From the human T2T-CHM13v2.0 reference genome, Homo sapiens: a stretch of DNA of 64,000 bases. Where the stretch lies: NCBI RefSeq assembly GCF_009914755.1, contig NC_060934.1. One strand, given 5' to 3'. Position 1 is the first letter of the stretch, and every line of letters starts with the position of its first letter. The translations under genes were made by a program, and so were the position numbers. Shown one piece after another: positions 18,843-33,489 of the stretch. The notes beneath the pieces are model-generated. The model did not search any database and was not told the DNA's origin. It saw only the letters and a list, made by a program, of their open reading frames with translations.

Positions 18843-19005
18843 TTTTTTTTTTTTTAAGTGGTGGAGTCTTGCTCTACTGGCCAGGCTGGAGTTCAGTGAT
18901 GTGATCATAACTCACTGTAGCCTCAAAGTCCTGGGTGCAAGCAATCCTCCTGCCTTGGCCTCCCAAAGTGCTGAGATTACAGGTGTGAGTCACTGCGCCC
19001 AGGCC
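18843..19005 (-). mobile_element. FLAM/AluJ monomer within L2-like sequence
   Basis: Single Alu arm with poly-T. Confidence 0.8.
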
Positions 19006-20329
19006 ACCTGTTTCCCACATAATGTATCCTCCTTGTTCCTCAAGGTCAGTAAATATGCTTCCTCCTCTCTAGCCTTTTCTGGTCATCTCCAGAAGCCAGG
19101 ATCAGAAGTCAGTACGCCTCCTCTGTTTTCCCAAGCATTTTGTTAACAAATCTTTCATAGAATTCATTGCATTATATGGTATTCATTGGATTGGATTGCA
19201 TTATAGTGTTATATTACTGCATCTTTCTCTCCACATTGTAAATTTCTTAAGGATAATTTCCTTAATTCATTTTATGTCTAACATTATATTTCTTGTCATG
19301 TAATAAGCAATAAAATTTTGGTGACTTGAATGATGTGAGAAAACAAGAAGAAAAAAACAGACTTGAGGATTACACAGGTGTATGTCTTATTTATCATTTT
19401 GCAGAATTTCTGCCTATATTTTATTGATAACCTTGGCGTTGAATATATATAAGTGGATAAAATATGACTCATATTTCGGAGTAGGTTGTAGCAAATTAAT
19501 CATCTAATTGCTTGTTTATACTGTTCAATTTGATCATCACAATTTAGGTCTCTAGCATGAAGAAAAGGAGTACTTTCACATATGTGACAAATAAATAGGA
19601 TACAAATAGGATTTGTTAATAATTGGAATCTGTTCAAAACCAGATAAATTTTTACTGTTTGTGATAACAAAACAAAATAAATTGTGTTCCTAGGGTTTAC
19701 TTATAAATTAAACACACTATTACCACTTTATTTTCCAATTTCATCTCTTTACGAAAAAATGTGTTACTTTAAAATGATCTATGAGTACAATTTTATATGG
19801 AAAGGGCAATACCATTACTTTCAATGCAAATAGAAGTTTATCATTTCAAGGGCTACTGTAAAATAACTTTTTTATTCACAACAGGGCGTGTGACATAGAC
19901 CTTTAATATGGGGCCAATATCGCTAAGAAGTTGAAAATATAGTAATAAGAAATCAGTAGAAAACAAGCAACCAAACAAAAGTGTCTGTCTTCTTTTCTTT
20001 GTCCAACATGTTTGGGTATTAGTATTGAAGGAGCTCCATAACAAGTTGCAAATGATGTGTGAAATGAAATTAGCTCTGCTCAGCATATACACAGAGACTA
20101 TAAAGTTCCTTATGCGAATATAGCTCTGCTGTGTTAATCGTTACAGGACTTAGATCAGGTATGGCAGAAAGATGGCCATAGTTATATGACCTAGACACTG
20201 ATGTCACACTAAACTCTTGGAATGGGGGTAAGGTTGAATTTTATGAATATGTGACACCCCACCACACACACACAAGCAAATTATTGTATTTCCTTCTTGC
20301 CTGCGTTATGGCCTGCTAATGGTATACTT

Positions 20330-20500
20330 TACTTGAATGAACTCATGTGCTCCAAATTTCCTGTGGAATAGGGATTGATAATATTCCCCATTTTAAGGAA
20401 ATTACGGCTTGAAAAAACTAAAAAATGTGGCAAGAAAGCTAGTAAGTTGCAAATTCAGGGATGGTCCCAGGATTCTGACTCTAGAGACTGTCCTTTCTAC
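20330..20500 (-). mobile_element. MIR fragment
   Basis: attccccattttaaggaa core-like segment. Confidence 0.5.
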
Positions 20501-21284
20501 ACATGGCTGCTGATCATGGAGAGAACTTCCCATGATGCACAGGATGGTGGGTGCAGTGGGTGGAGGCAAGACATGTTCTCTATACTCACACCTGTCATTT
20601 ACCAGCAAATCAGCCATGGAAAGCACAACAGTCCTTAAATAAATAACACCTACTAAGACGCACCTTAGATAGAGGACATGTGTGAAGCAGCCCTGGCTCA
20701 CACCGAGGTTTGGGGCCCCTGTGGAGAATGCGACTCTGCTATTTGATGTAGCAGAGCCTCCCAGCACACGCAATGGGCAGGCCCTGCAGAACGCATTTTT
20801 CTCATTCCACAGAGCCTCGATTTTAAGTCAAATCATCCTGAATTGCCCTTAAAGCTGAGGACAATCTGTCCATCCACTCATACATCACTTAAGAGACAGC
20901 AAGAAACTTCATTCTCTCTCCTCCTGGGCAGTGCCGGTCCTCCCTCCCTGATTCAGATTATTCCCTGGAGATGCTGTCCAATATTTATTGCCCAGCTAAG
21001 TATCACAAAACAGGAAATACAAAAATCTTGAAGGCTACTACGTGCTGGGTAATTTCACATACTTTATTGGAGAAAACCAAATTTTTCAGAGCTTGTTTCT
21101 TAACGGAGTCACACAGTGAACCAGCGGCAAAGCCAAACTGGACTTTGGGCCAAGATAACCCCACACCCACTCATTTTCCTCAAACCCACCAGAAATCGCC
21201 CTGGAGAGGAGGGCGACTTATTTTTAAAAAACTGAAATATCTATAGGTCACATTTATTACTTCCCATTAAAAATGAAAAGGATT

Positions 21285-21640
<356 letters not shown>

Positions 21641-21829
21641 TTAGGTTTGTTCCTTTTATGGAATAAAATAATACACGTTAGATAAATGTCACTGCTTTTT
21701 AGCCACTCATACATTACCATTTGGAATTATGTAGTATTTACAACCCAAAGTTGGTTCTCGAATCTTTTATTTCTCATCTTTGTGTAATAATTTTACAAAA
21801 TGTCCTCTTCATTTTTGAAGAAAAAGAAA

Positions 21830-22120
21830 TGTGAAACGTTCGTGATCGAATGCTTCCCCCTGTGTTGTATTAGAGGAACCCGAAGCAAAGCCTCCAGAGG
21901 GTGCTGGAGAAGCTGCAGCTGCAGAGCAGTGACCCGAGGCGGGGGGCGCCTCACCCGCCAGGCAATGGTGGCCGCAGCCTCCTGACAGGGATGCAGGGAG
22001 ATTGTGCACGCAGCGCTCATCTTTTCCCCACCATAGTGTTTTCCCGCCTTTTGGCTATAGAATCACCTCTGTTTTGGGTTTTAACAGGGAAAACAGTGCA
22101 GTACGGGGCAGTCTCAACAC
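21830..22120 (-). promoter_or_regulatory. Small CpG-rich promoter with candidate first exon (donor after 21955)
   Basis: Local CpG cluster in unique DNA; donor CGG|GTGAGG; E2F-like TTTTCCCGCC ~22039-22048; ATG at 22020 (A at -3) gives 22 codons to a phase-0 donor. Confidence 0.55.
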
Positions 22121-22324
22121 TGACATTTTCCCACAAAGATTTCTAGGTCTTCCAAAGAGCTATCAATCTACAGTGTTACACTGGCTCCTGGTGCCCAGAG
22201 GGGCTGAGAGAATGAAGGTCTGCACTTTGCGCCTGACTCTCTTGAAATGAACTCCTTCCACAAATTAGGAACTTGAATCTGTGGCTGAGGCTGCTCAAAT
22301 AAACACGTGAACCTGGAGACATAA

Positions 22325-22677
<353 letters not shown>

Positions 22678-22848
22678 GACTTCTCTGCTTAAGTTCAAAA
22701 GAACAAATGATCTAGCCATTGTACAAGAGGCCAGGCTTAAAGCAACTATATCCTTTTCAACTTTACATAAACTTAATGACAGTCAATTCTAGGAGGTGAT
22801 GGTGTCCATGTGTGGTCTGCACATTTATAGAACTCCGTATTATAGCCA

Positions 22849-22873
22849 ACACACACACACACACACACACACA
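22849..22873. repeat. (CA)n microsatellite
   Basis: Seen directly. Confidence 0.95.
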
Positions 22874-23108
22874 AATTTTTATAGTAACAAACTTTCTTAT
22901 AGCTCCCAATATATTCAATTTCCTGTAAATAATTCACCAACATACATGTGTGAATTAGAAGTGTGACAGTGGTAGTAATGTATGCATTTGTAATAGTAAT
23001 AGTTAACATTACCATTATTATAATGTTATTAGAAGTCCTCCACTTTGGAGACTGTATAAAAAGGATACTATATTTTCTTAAGCCAAGGATCTTCTTTTAC
23101 CAGTTATA

Positions 23109-23307
23109 CAGTAAGATCTCACTTAATGTCATCAATATGTTCTTGAAAACTGCCACTTGAAGCAAAACGAAGTATTCTATGCAGTAGGAACTGAACTCCT
23201 ATTTATATCAACTAGCCTATGATAAAATTAGTTTCATTATAGAGTAAGTCATTTCTCTTAAAGTCACAGTTTCCAAAAACCTATTGATATTAAGTGAGGT
23301 TTTATTG
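23109..23307. mobile_element. TcMar-Tigger MITE (MER6B-like)
   Basis: Imperfect terminal inverted repeats (cagtaagatctcacttaa / ttaagtgaggttttattg) with TA on both sides. Confidence 0.7.
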
Positions 23308-23596
23308 TATGTAAACTTCAGTGGTTAAATTATATGATGTTTTATATGGTTTCATATATAGCATAGGCAGAAAAATACTGTGAAGTTGAAGTTATTATTA
23401 CAATGATATTTATATTACATTATCACTTTAATATGTTTTCATTCACATTCCTTTAAATAATGTATTCAAAAATATTTTAAGCATAATTAAAAATATAAAT
23501 ATTAATAAGCACCAATATAAAAATGACTCAAATTTTAATGTTATTTTTATGGTTTTACATTTTACATAAGTGATCTTATACAGTGGTATTTAAGAG

Positions 23597-25008
23597 TGAG
23601 AGGTGACGGCGTGCTGGCAGCCCTCGCATGCTCTGGGCACCTCCTCAGCATTTGGCGCCCACTCTGGCTGCTCTTGAGGGGCCCTTCAGCCCACCGCTGC
23701 ACTGTGAGGGCCCCTCTCTGGGGTGGCTGAGGCCGGAGCCAGCTCCTTCAGCTTGCAGGGAGGTGTGGAAGGAGAGGCGCAGGTGGGACTGGGGGCTGCG
23801 CGCAGCGCTTCAGGGCCAGCTCGAGTTCGGGTTGGGCATGGGGTCCGCGGGCCTAGCACCCGGAGCGGCCGGCCGGTGCTGCTGGCCCCAGGCAGTGAGG
23901 AGCTTAGCATCCTAGCCAGCAGCTGTGGAGGGTGCACCAGGTCCCCCAGCAGTGCTAGCCCACCAGCGCTGCACTCAAATTCTTGCCGGGCCTCAGCTGC
24001 TTCCCCGCGGGGCAGGGCTCAGGACCTGCAGCCCGCCATGCCTGAGCCTCCCTCACTCCACCCTGGGCTTCTGCATGTCCGAGCCTCCCCAACGAGTGCC
24101 ACCCCCTGCTCCGCGGCACCCAGTCCCATCGACTGAATGCCCAAGGGCTGAGGAATGCGGGCACATGGTGCAGGAGTGGCGGGCAGCTTCACCTGCTGCC
24201 CTGGTGCAGGATCTGCTAGGTGAAGGCAGCTGGGCTCCTGAGTCTAGTGGGGACTTGGAGAACCTTTATGTCTAGCTAAGGGATTGTAAATACACCAATC
24301 AGCACCCTGTGTCTAGCTCAAGGTTTGTAAATGCACCAATCAGCACTCTGTGTCTAGCTAATCTGGTGTAGACTTGGAGAATCTTTATGTCTAGCTAAGG
24401 GATTGTAAATACACCAATCAGCACTCTGTGTCTAGCTCAAGGTTTGTAAACACACCAATCAGCACCCTGTGTCTAGCTCAAGGTTTGTAAATGCACCAAT
24501 CAGCGCTCTGTGGGGACTTGGAGAACTTTTGTGTCTAGCTCAGGGATTGTAAACACACCAATCAGCACCCTGTCAAAATGGACCAATCAGCTCTCTATAA
24601 AACAGACCAATGAGCTCTCTGTAAAATGGACCAGTCAGCAGGATGTGGGTGGGGCCAGATAAGGGAATAAAAGCTGGCTGCCCGGCCAGCAATGGCGACC
24701 TGCTGGGGTCACCTTCCACACCGTGGAAGCTTTGTTCTTTGGCTTTTTGAAATAAATCTTGCTGCTGCTTACTCTTTGGGTCCACACTGCGTTTATGAGC
24801 TGTAACACTCACCACGAAGGTCTGCAGCTTCACTCATGAGCTAGTGAGATCACGAACCCACCAGAAAGAAGAAACTCTGAACACAGCCGAACATCAGAAG
24901 GAAAGAACTCCAGACACACCTCCTTTAAGAACTGTAACACTAACAGTGAGGGTCCGCGGCTTCGTTCTTGAAGTCAGCGAGACCAAGAACCCACCAATTC
25001 TGGACACA
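23597..25008 (+). mobile_element. LTR12 (C/D/E group) solo LTR of ERV9/HERV9
   Basis: TGAGAGGTGAC start and GGACACA end; 4-bp TSD AGAG (23593-23596, 25009-25012); GC-rich U3 and CCAAT repeat array. Confidence 0.95.
24265..24670 (+). promoter_or_regulatory. LTR12 CCAAT (NF-Y) tandem array and AATAAA-type TATA box
   Basis: Repeated caccaatcagcac(c/t)ctgtgtctagct units, then ggtggggccagataagggaataaaag. Confidence 0.8.
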
Positions 25009-25149
25009 AGAGGATCATACTAAAAATATAAAAAATGTGATTTCTGCACTGAGATCCTTCTACTATAGATGGGGAGAAGTATGCAAAAGGAAGTATAATT
25101 CAGTGTTATAGAAGTACAATGTAGTATTTTAAAGATGCATTAATTATAT

Positions 25150-25900
25150 GTGATCCCAAGTAGAAAACAATCAACCCTCCTCCATTGGCACAGAACAGTA
25201 CATAATTGATCTAGGTGTTAAAGGATGTATAAAAAATCACGGGGTGGAATAAAGAGGATTCAGAGAGAATATCAGTGCAAGCTTGGATTTGGGAAGCAGG
25301 ATGCATAAACCAAATAGAGCAGCATATAGTTCAAAACGACTAAACCATCAAAGTACTTGAGGGTCTGTGATGACAGACGGATTTGAACATGTTGGAAGGG
25401 GCCATTTCCTATCTTATGATTACTTAAAATTTGGACTTTATCCTATAGTGGGGAACTCTGAAACACTTTTAAACAGAAGAGTACATCATCACATTTGATT
25501 TCAGATGGATCACTCTGGTGACTTCTTGACAATGATAAAACTAGACATAGACAAGCCAGGAAGAAAACTCACAATATCTTAAGCAAGAGTTCTAATTTTT
25601 TGTTTTAGTGCAGAAAACTATGCATAGAGGAAGGCACAGATTTTGAAGATGTTAAGCAAGTATATTTGAGAATTTGTTAACAGTTTTCTGTCTTAAAACA
25701 TAAGGAAACTTGTGTGGTTTTTTTGACAGAATAGGAGAAAACGAGCACAAACACACCTGCAGGACATTCCAGTGGAGATGCTTGTAGAGATTTGGGACAT
25801 GTGGATCTAGAATTTAGGGGAGGTCTAGGGTCTAATATTGAATTATAGATTTGAAAATCACTAGCATCCCTGAAGATAGACATTTATGCTGTTGTCAAGA
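25150..25900 (-). mobile_element. L2 fragments
   Basis: ttggactttatcct...ttttaaacag...gatcactctgg motifs. Confidence 0.6.
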
Positions 25901-25970
25901 TCTTCCTGAAAAGATCACCATAGATTGAGCAGCCCTGCTTGGAAACATTCCAAAGCATTTTGGTTATTAT

Positions 25971-26203
25971 CTTTTGTTTTGTAAGAGTCAGAATCTCCCT
26001 CTGTCACCCAGGCTGGAGTGCAGTGGCACCATCATGGCTCACTGGAGCCTCGCCCAGCTAAACATTTTAAAAATCGGTATTACTATTTTAGAGACTGGGT
26101 CTCACTATTTGCCCAGGCTGATCTTGAACTCCTGGCCTCAAGAGATTCTCCTGTCTCAGCCTCCTGAATCACTGGAGTTACAGGCATGAGCCACTGCGCC
26201 TGG
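25971..26203 (-). mobile_element. AluJ with internal deletion
   Basis: Right arm jumps to the central A-rich region. Confidence 0.85.
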
Positions 26204-28706
26204 TGTTTAATATCCTCAACTCCTTTTGTCATCTTGACTCATCTACTCCAGCAGCAATGATGGTCTCTTTCTGCTGCCACATTCACACTCACTGAGTAAC
26301 TTATGTTCTTTTCCTATGTTACTTTGCTAGTTTACATAAGCTGTTCCATCACAGGTCATCTTTGAAGCCCTTGCTTGCTTAATGTGAAAAATCCTCTTCA
26401 TCTAACTTATACGTCTAATCTTATAGTCACCTCTTTATTTTAATTTTTAAACTTTTCCTTCTTTTTTTATATCTCTTAATGAATTATCTGTTATATTGTT
26501 TGTTGATATGTCCTTTCTTGTTTAGTCAGTGTTTCCAAAATTATTTTTATCTTCCATTCTTGGGACTTCTTAGTTTTGTTACCAGTTTTTACAGGTTTCC
26601 TTTTTTTTTTTCAAGCAGATTATTTGTAAGTATGTCTCATTATAATTTATGTTTTTAATAGCCCAACATTTTATTGATTTCTTTGAGATCACTGTAAAAT
26701 ATTTGGTTACAATTTTCACCATTTAAAAAGTATGCTTTTCTAGTTCATCTACAGAGATATAATTTTGCTCCTTATTTTCTTTTCTTATGTAATAAATTTA
26801 TTTGGAACTTAACTGAGATAATTTACTGTGAACCATTGTTTCAATGAAATGAGTTCTTCTCTACTTTTGGAAAGCAGGAATGAACCAAGAGATATTTTCT
26901 ACCTTTATGTTTCAAATGCTCCCTCTATAAAAACGCGTTGAAAATATGTCACCAGGCTTTGTGAAATTTGACTCCCATTGTCGCACTTTTATCTGAAACT
27001 TTTGTTACCTGTGACAATATTATTCCCATCCTGCCCAATTTGTATTCAGCTCTCAGCAGTTTCTACTCAATGCACAGCTTTGTCTTGGAAAGGAGATTGA
27101 GTTTGAGGGTTTCTAAATCCATACTGCTCCAGCAACATCAGGTATCCTGTCGTTGCCCCCTTACCCTAACTTGAAATTTGGATACCACTGAAGCCCCTTC
27201 TGCTTCTGGCTGTGTTTTCAGATTGGCCTTTTGTACTTTCCAGTGACATTTATTCACAATTTTATTGTCCTAGTACTCCCAGATCTATTGGAAACACACA
27301 TATCTTTAGAAAATTTTTCTACTTTTTTCCCCACACATAGAAATGGTGACACTAAATGAGTCTTGTGGCTGTTGGTGGTTTGTAATTTGGGGTTAAGGAG
27401 AACTCTTGTGACCTGGGTTTTATTTTGTTGGAAATGTTATTTGCAGGTTTTCGATTCTGTCATTGCTCTTTCCCTCTCTGTTAATATGCACCATCTTCCT
27501 ACAATCCTTCATTAAAAAAAATGTTGTACACTTCAACCTGTTCAAAAGTTAGACTTGAACACATTTGACCAAAGCTGTTTATCAGCCTAGGGATAGCAGG
27601 TTTTAAATGCCATTACTCTTTTATTTGTAGACAATAATTAGGACTTGATGGCACTCCCACAAGAGAAAACACAGCTTGTTAAAGAGAAATATTTGACACA
27701 ATTTCAAAGTATACCTACAATTAAGTAGGCCATCTTGTGTAGTGCTAAGGCCTTTTTTTCTGGGTATCCCAATACTTCAGAATAAATCTGCTGAAATGTC
27801 CCAAACATATGCACGATAGCCAGGAAATAAAAATCTACAGAACCACCTAAGTCACTCTTCTCTGTGTGCCCAACATAGAATCTTGGCATCACCCTCATGC
27901 TGCAACCTCAGTTATACTTTCAAAATAGCCCTATGATTTTAAATAGTTCCCCAATAAAAATACAGCATTTCTCCTTGACTACAGTTGATCAGAAAACAAA
28001 AACCCAATTCTCATCCACTTACCTCTGTCCTTTTTCCCCTAATTTTATTACTAGCCCATAGTGAGGATTAATGGAAAGTCCATTATGGCTTCATGATGGC
28101 AATAGATACTTGGTTTCTTATGAGGCTGATACATTTTCCAACAATAACAAAGAAGTTTCCAACAGTAGAGTGGCAAAACACAGAGGTTTTTAATATTCAA
28201 GCAGGATTTTGGGTCTGCTCTCCTTTTAGATCTCATTGAATTTAATATTGCCTGTCAGGTTTAAGACGTCAGTGCTGATTAAGCTAGACACATTGTGGGA
28301 ATAGCAATGTGTTGTTCTTTATGGATAATTGGAACAGTGGTAACTTTTTCATTTGGCATTTGGCATAGCCCTTTGTGTGAGGAGTGACTGGGATTGGAAT
28401 ATTTAATCTCCTTGGAGAAAGTATAGCATTTTATTCGTCTTTCAATACTCAGTACCTAACCAAGAGTCTGGCACAGAGTAAAAGCTGAAAATACTTGTTA
28501 CACTGAAAACTAAATAAGCAAATGAGTGGATGAATAAACAAATACATAAAATGCAATCTATAGGGAACAAACATTATCCTCTTTATCTATCCAGATATTG
28601 GACAGAGTTCTTGGTAGTTTGCTAGCTGATATCCAAGGTATGCTTGTTTAAAATAGAGTGGTCCTGCTTTTAGCAGGATAAATTTTGTGGTTATAAATGA
28701 AAGTGA

Positions 28707-29073
<367 letters not shown>

Positions 29074-29550
29074 GAAAAATAGTTTTTTTCCAGGACATTT
29101 TCAGTGCCCAGATTCTATTTTAAAACATGATTGATGACCCATTTTGCCGATTAACTCTTGAAGTAGAGAATTTTACAATTCAGTATACTTATTTCCAATA
29201 TATGGCATCTTCCTACTTGAAGTGCCATCATTTCTTCATTGTTAGATAAAATGCAATAAAGAACATACTGAATTTCTTTTCTTTCTTCTTGATTTGCAGT
29301 ATTTTGAAATTACTAAAGAAAAGTTTAATACACAGAAGACATTTGTTCAAGAAAGAAATAATAACGCTCCATTTTAGTTTAATGCAGGCCATTCTCTGAG
29401 AATGGGAGGCAAATATTCTCCTTCCATTACAAGCTTTGCAAATCCAAATGATCTCGAGATTAGGGCTACACAAGTTAATTATATTCACTAAATTTTCAAA
29501 ATCTCATTATTTTTGTCCAAAGGTTCAAATATCTCACACCGCTGTAAAAA

Positions 29551-30179
<629 letters not shown>

Positions 30180-30474
30180 AAGTTGTCACAAGGCACAAGA
30201 GATTGTAAATTTGTTGTTGTTTTTTTTTTCACTCACTTTAAACTAGAAATACTAATTGGTACCCAATAGTACAAAAATAACATTAGAGAAAAAACAAAGT
30301 AAGGACTTTTTATATAAGTAGCAAATGAACTAGCTACAGTCAGGTATGAAATTTACTTTCCTATGGGTAATAATTTTAACATAAAATTTTAATGAAAAAA
30401 ATGAATACTATTTTAGTACTTAAACTGCATCAATAAAAAGAACCATATCCACAGCAACAGCAGTAACCTAATGG

Positions 30475-30775
30475 GGCTGGGTGTGGTGGCTCATGCCTGG
30501 AATTGCACCACTCTGGGAGGCTGAGGCAGGAGGATGTCTGGAGCCCAGGAATTTGAGACCAGCCTGGGCAACATAGCCAAATCTCTTCTCTACAAAAAAT
30601 ACAAAAATTAGGGAGGTGTGGTGACACATAGCTTTAGTCCCAGCTACTTGGGAGGCTGAAGTGGGAGGATTACTTCAGCCCAGGAGGTCAAGGCTGCAGT
30701 GAGCTGTGATTAAGACACTATACTCCAGCCTGGGGGACAGAGTGAGACACTGTCTTTAAAATAAATAAATAAATA
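30475..30775 (+). mobile_element. AluJ
   Basis: TSD TAACC(T/A)AATGGG. Confidence 0.9.
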
Positions 30776-30847
30776 ACCAAATGGGTTATCACACATATTT
30801 GAAGAGCATATAATCCACATAATTTCACACTAGCTTTGATTTTTTTT

Positions 30848-31039
<192 letters not shown>

Positions 31040-31264
31040 TCAAAGGTGATACTAACAATATATAAAATTCTCACGTAATATCTACATTTACAAAGAGGTG
31101 ATATATTCGCTGCTCTGAATGGTGTGCTTGGAATTATAAAAATGTGACTCATATACTTATTTGAAAACCCACCTGCTGGTAAGTGAAAGAGCTTCAGTTT
31201 CATTCTTAGGCTCCAGTGTATTTTAAAACTTAATCGTTGGTCGATGTGAGCTCAATATCTGAAC

Positions 31265-31650
31265 TTCATTCAGTCAACCAGTAATTACTGAAATATTTGT
31301 TGAGGACCCAAGGTGCGCCAAGAATTATTGGCAGCTGGGAATGCAAAAATAAAAGCACCATTGTAATGTTAGGGGAAGTACGTGAGGGAGAAAAAATGAA
31401 GTATAAATCAGGTGAAGGGTCTAGATTTGCAAAGATGCAGTGTTGGGAGGAAGCCGCTCGGGAAAAGAGCAGCTCCTGAGAGTGAAGGATGCATGTAACA
31501 GGTGGGAATATGCAGGATTTAGCAAGGCTTTGAAATTCAGATTGTCTTGAAAACAATAGAAAAATATTGGAAGAATTTTAAGCAGAGCAGTGACTTGCCA
31601 AAATATAAACTTTGAAGAAAAAAAAAACTCTGTTGGCATTCTAGAGAATC
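31265..31650 (-). mobile_element. L2 fragments
   Basis: cattc...aaatatttgttgag and ttttaagcagagcagtgac motifs. Confidence 0.55.
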
Positions 31651-31914
31651 ATTATTTAGAAGCAGAGGATTAAAATGCATTTTGGCATGAATAATATTGT
31701 CCATAGGCAACCTAAAGTAGTCATTAAGAGAATACATTTTTATCATTTGAAACAGCAATTAATTAGAACAAATTTATACTTTAACATTTCCTTAAGGTAG
31801 TTATAGTTGGCGTAACTTTAAAGAGTCTTTATCATATAATTAGAATAAACTATTTTGCCTGACACCAAAACTTGGATCACTTCTCTTGAAGTCAATGATG
31901 TGAAATGACTGTTT

Positions 31915-32034
31915 ATTTATTTATTTATTTATTTATTTATTTTTTGAGACGGAGTCTCACTCTGTCACCCAGGCTGCAGTGCGGTGGTGCGATCTCGGCT
32001 CACTGCACCTCTGCCTCCCAGGTTCAAGCGATTC
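31915..32034 (-). mobile_element. 5'-truncated Alu (right-arm 3' part)
   Basis: Flanked by a ~22-bp direct repeat at 31893-31914 and 32038-32060. Confidence 0.92.
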
Positions 32035-32635
32035 ACACAATGGTGTGAAATGAACTGTTTTCCTTTTAGATTTGGTCTGGGAGTACATCAGATCACTATT
32101 TTCAAAGTGGATATTAGTAAAAATGTCGCTTTCTCACAAAAACCATTTTTGATCTCTCCTTTGTGATCTAAACCTGGTGTCATGCCTTGCACATGAGACA
32201 TTTTCATTACATTTCTGTTGAATTGAACTGCTTAAAAACATAATCCCAGTATGTTTTATGCAATAAATGTTTTCATCATAAGCAATTTTTTCTCTCTTCT
32301 TCAGAGTATATGACAAAACAGAAACCAATCCATATACAGATGATATATTTTAGTGTGTAAGAAAAAAACTCCTTCATATTACTACATGTTATTGACAAAG
32401 TGAACAATAAAAATGTGCATATAAAATGTTTTTAAAGAAAAAAGTTTCCAGTTAATAGGAAATTATATAACAGGAAATTATACTATGTATTTTAGAATTC
32501 CCTTTCTGTTGAAAGAAAAAAATAAGCATGTCAAAAGAGTGTAAATTTATTTTTTAAATCTTTCTCTGTGCTCTGAATTCATAGTAATGATAAGGAGAAT
32601 ATTTTTTAATTAAATGACATACAATAAATAAATAT

Positions 32636-32960
32636 GGCCAAGCATGGTGGCTCGCGCCTGTAATCTCAGCACTTTGGGAGGCGAGGTGGGCAGATCATGG
32701 GGTCAGGAGATTGAGACCATCTTGGCCAACATGGTGAAACCTTGTCTCTACTAAAAATACAAAAATTAGCCAGGTGTGGTGGCATGCACCTGTAGTCCCA
32801 GCTACTTGGGAGGCTGAGGCAAGAGAATCGCTTGAACCTGGGAGGCAGAGGTGCAGTGAGCTGAGATCGCGCCACTGCACTGCAGCCTGGGTGACAGAGT
32901 GAGACTCTGTCTCAAAAAAAATAAAAAAATAAAAAATAAATAAATAAATAAATAAATAAA
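32636..32960 (+). mobile_element. AluSc-like
   Basis: Full Alu with (TAAA)n tail. Confidence 0.93.
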
Positions 32961-33171
32961 GATTAGTATCTCTTTGGACCAAAAGTGGGAGATTACACAG
33001 AGACAAGGGGGCATTAAGGATGAGCAGTTAATTAGAAACAAGAAAGGCAGGCCAATAATGTGCCTCCTGGAGGGCTAACATAGCCAAAGGTGCCCTAGTT
33101 GTGGTGGGAAGGGGGCAAAGAAAACCAACTGCATACAATAAGGAGTTTCAAGTGAACTTTTCAGGCCTTGA

Positions 33172-33489
<318 letters not shown>

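Noticed and set aside
23628-24275. Overlapping GC-rich ORFs up to 137 aa
   Set aside because: Lie in the GC-rich U3 of LTR12, where stop codons are scarce
24265-24600. Regularly spaced repeats resembling a CRISPR array
   Set aside because: Known LTR12 CCAAT enhancer repeats with no unique spacers, in a primate genome
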